Below are positions 62,516 through 64,000 of a DNA stretch of 64,000 bases, one piece after another. The number at the start of each line of letters is the position of its first letter. Positions within the stretch are counted from its first letter, which is position 1. The stretch covers positions 87,174,001 through 87,238,000 of the forward strand of contig NC_086097.1 of assembly GCF_963921235.1 (NCBI RefSeq). Direction: 5' to 3'. Under the pieces are notes generated by a model. It was not told the origin of the DNA. It searched no databases and saw only the letters and a list, made by a program, of their open reading frames with translations. Both the position numbers and the translations under genes were made by a program. Source of the DNA: Mobula hypostoma. Its lineage: Eukaryota.

Positions 62516-64000
62516 GACGTATATCATTTTGTGGGGACAGGATGTGACAGGAGATCTTTCTTTTCAGACAGATGGATTAAGATAGTTTAATTACTGCCTT
62601 TTTTTCTTATAAACATTAGTTGGGAAACTTAAGAACTTGCCAGTAAGTTGTTTATCAACTAAGAGCTTTATCCAAGAACTTGCTTGATGGCATGTGGAAG
62701 CTTAATTTCAAAATCTGCTTGTAATTTATTAACACGCTCAAAAGTTCAGCAATTTAACTTTTTTTTGTCACTGAAGCAGTTCAAATAAAATTGGCATCAA
62801 ATATAAGATTATGGTTTCAGTGAACTATTTCTCTTCAAATTGAGCCTATGGGAAAAGAAAGGACGAAATGAGAAGGTCGCTGTGAAGACTGTCAGAAACA
62901 ATCTTTCCTTCATGGAGAAGAGGAGAGAATGGGCATAAAAGAATGATCTGTTTTTGCAGAGAGAAGTGATGGACAGGCTATGACTTGTCTTGTCATAGTT
63001 GGCTGATATCCAGCTTGTAGAAATTGTGTCCATTGTTGACAGATGTTTGAAGACAAATAATATTGTAACAAATGTGTAATTGTGTTAGATGACAACAATT
63101 AAGGCTGCATCCCATATAGGGGTGATAATGTTACCTTTCAGAATGCAAATATTCATATTGGAAAACAGTTTCCCTCTGGCCAGTAACTGTTCTGTTTCTG
63201 CATGAATACAATTCCTCATAGATCGCTTGCATTTCTTGAGTTGGGTGTCTGATCAGCTTGTTGGCTTGTGCTATTCAGTTGTCAAAACTCAAAAACCATT
63301 CAGTTGTTTGCTTAAGCTAAGTAATGCTGGGAATTTATTGTGTGCTCTCTGTGTTCAGTCTACATGCCCAAATAGTTTACAGCAAAACTTGACCCACAAC
63401 AAGTGATGCAAAGAACCAATGTTACTGCAGTAAGAATAATGCTATAGTGAACTGGAAGATGTAAGGGTTATGGGAATATCATGTTGCAATACAGTTCAGA
63501 TGAGAGTGTCAGCTACCTCTCTTCTCTGTACTTGTAGAGGAACTTTGTGCTTGGATGATTTAATCCATACAAATATACCCACTCAATAGCTTTTTATTTT
63601 AATGAAGTGTTTTGGGGATGACTTTACAAGCCTGTGAAAGCAGATGTAGGGGCTTGCAATTGCAGGCAAACTGCATCCATTATTTGCAATGCAGGTAGTG
63701 CCAACTTAGTGTAGTCTGTGAATTTCAATGGCTTTGCAGCCAGTCACTATTAACCTTTCTTTTAACTTAGAGCATTTGCAGTTTTTTTAAAATCCCATCC
63801 CACTGCTTATTCTTTCATTGCCTAGGTGCTTCTGATCGAAGCCAATAATGTGAGTGGCCCCTTCCAGTTAAAGCTACCCGGTATCTCTTAAAGAGAAGGT
63901 CAGTATACCTGAAGCAGTTGCTGGCAGCTGCTCTGCAGACAGTAACAATGAAAATAAGCTCACTTACTATCATCCACGTAACAAGAAGCCAGATGCAGAC

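Overview
Eukaryotic, AT-rich, repeat-saturated vertebrate DNA with no recognisable host protein-coding gene; it reads as intron or intergenic sequence. The repeat mix (abundant CR1 LINEs, V-SINEs, Deu-domain SINE, Rex1/Babar, Penelope, RTE, L2, R4/Dong) points to a cartilaginous fish, probably a ray; this is inference only. All recognisable ORFs are transposon fragments. Contents: several CR1 copies (two young), Rex1/Babar fragments, a decayed full-length CsRN1-type Gypsy element with an internal inverted rearrangement, two solo LTRs, an R4/Dong fragment, and Tc1, Tigger, hAT and piggyBac-like non-autonomous DNA elements, often nested. The most notable signal is a series of Penelope-like insertions from two families. 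They carry minimal hammerhead ribozyme motifs and share a fold-back design with a one-sided ~35-nt tail and 14-16-bp target duplications, down to 200-300-bp non-coding units. Also notable are a composite Tc1-like element whose ends are themselves palindromic mini-MITEs, and one well-formed candidate non-coding exon. Boundaries of old elements are approximate, and family names come from recalled motifs, not database searches.
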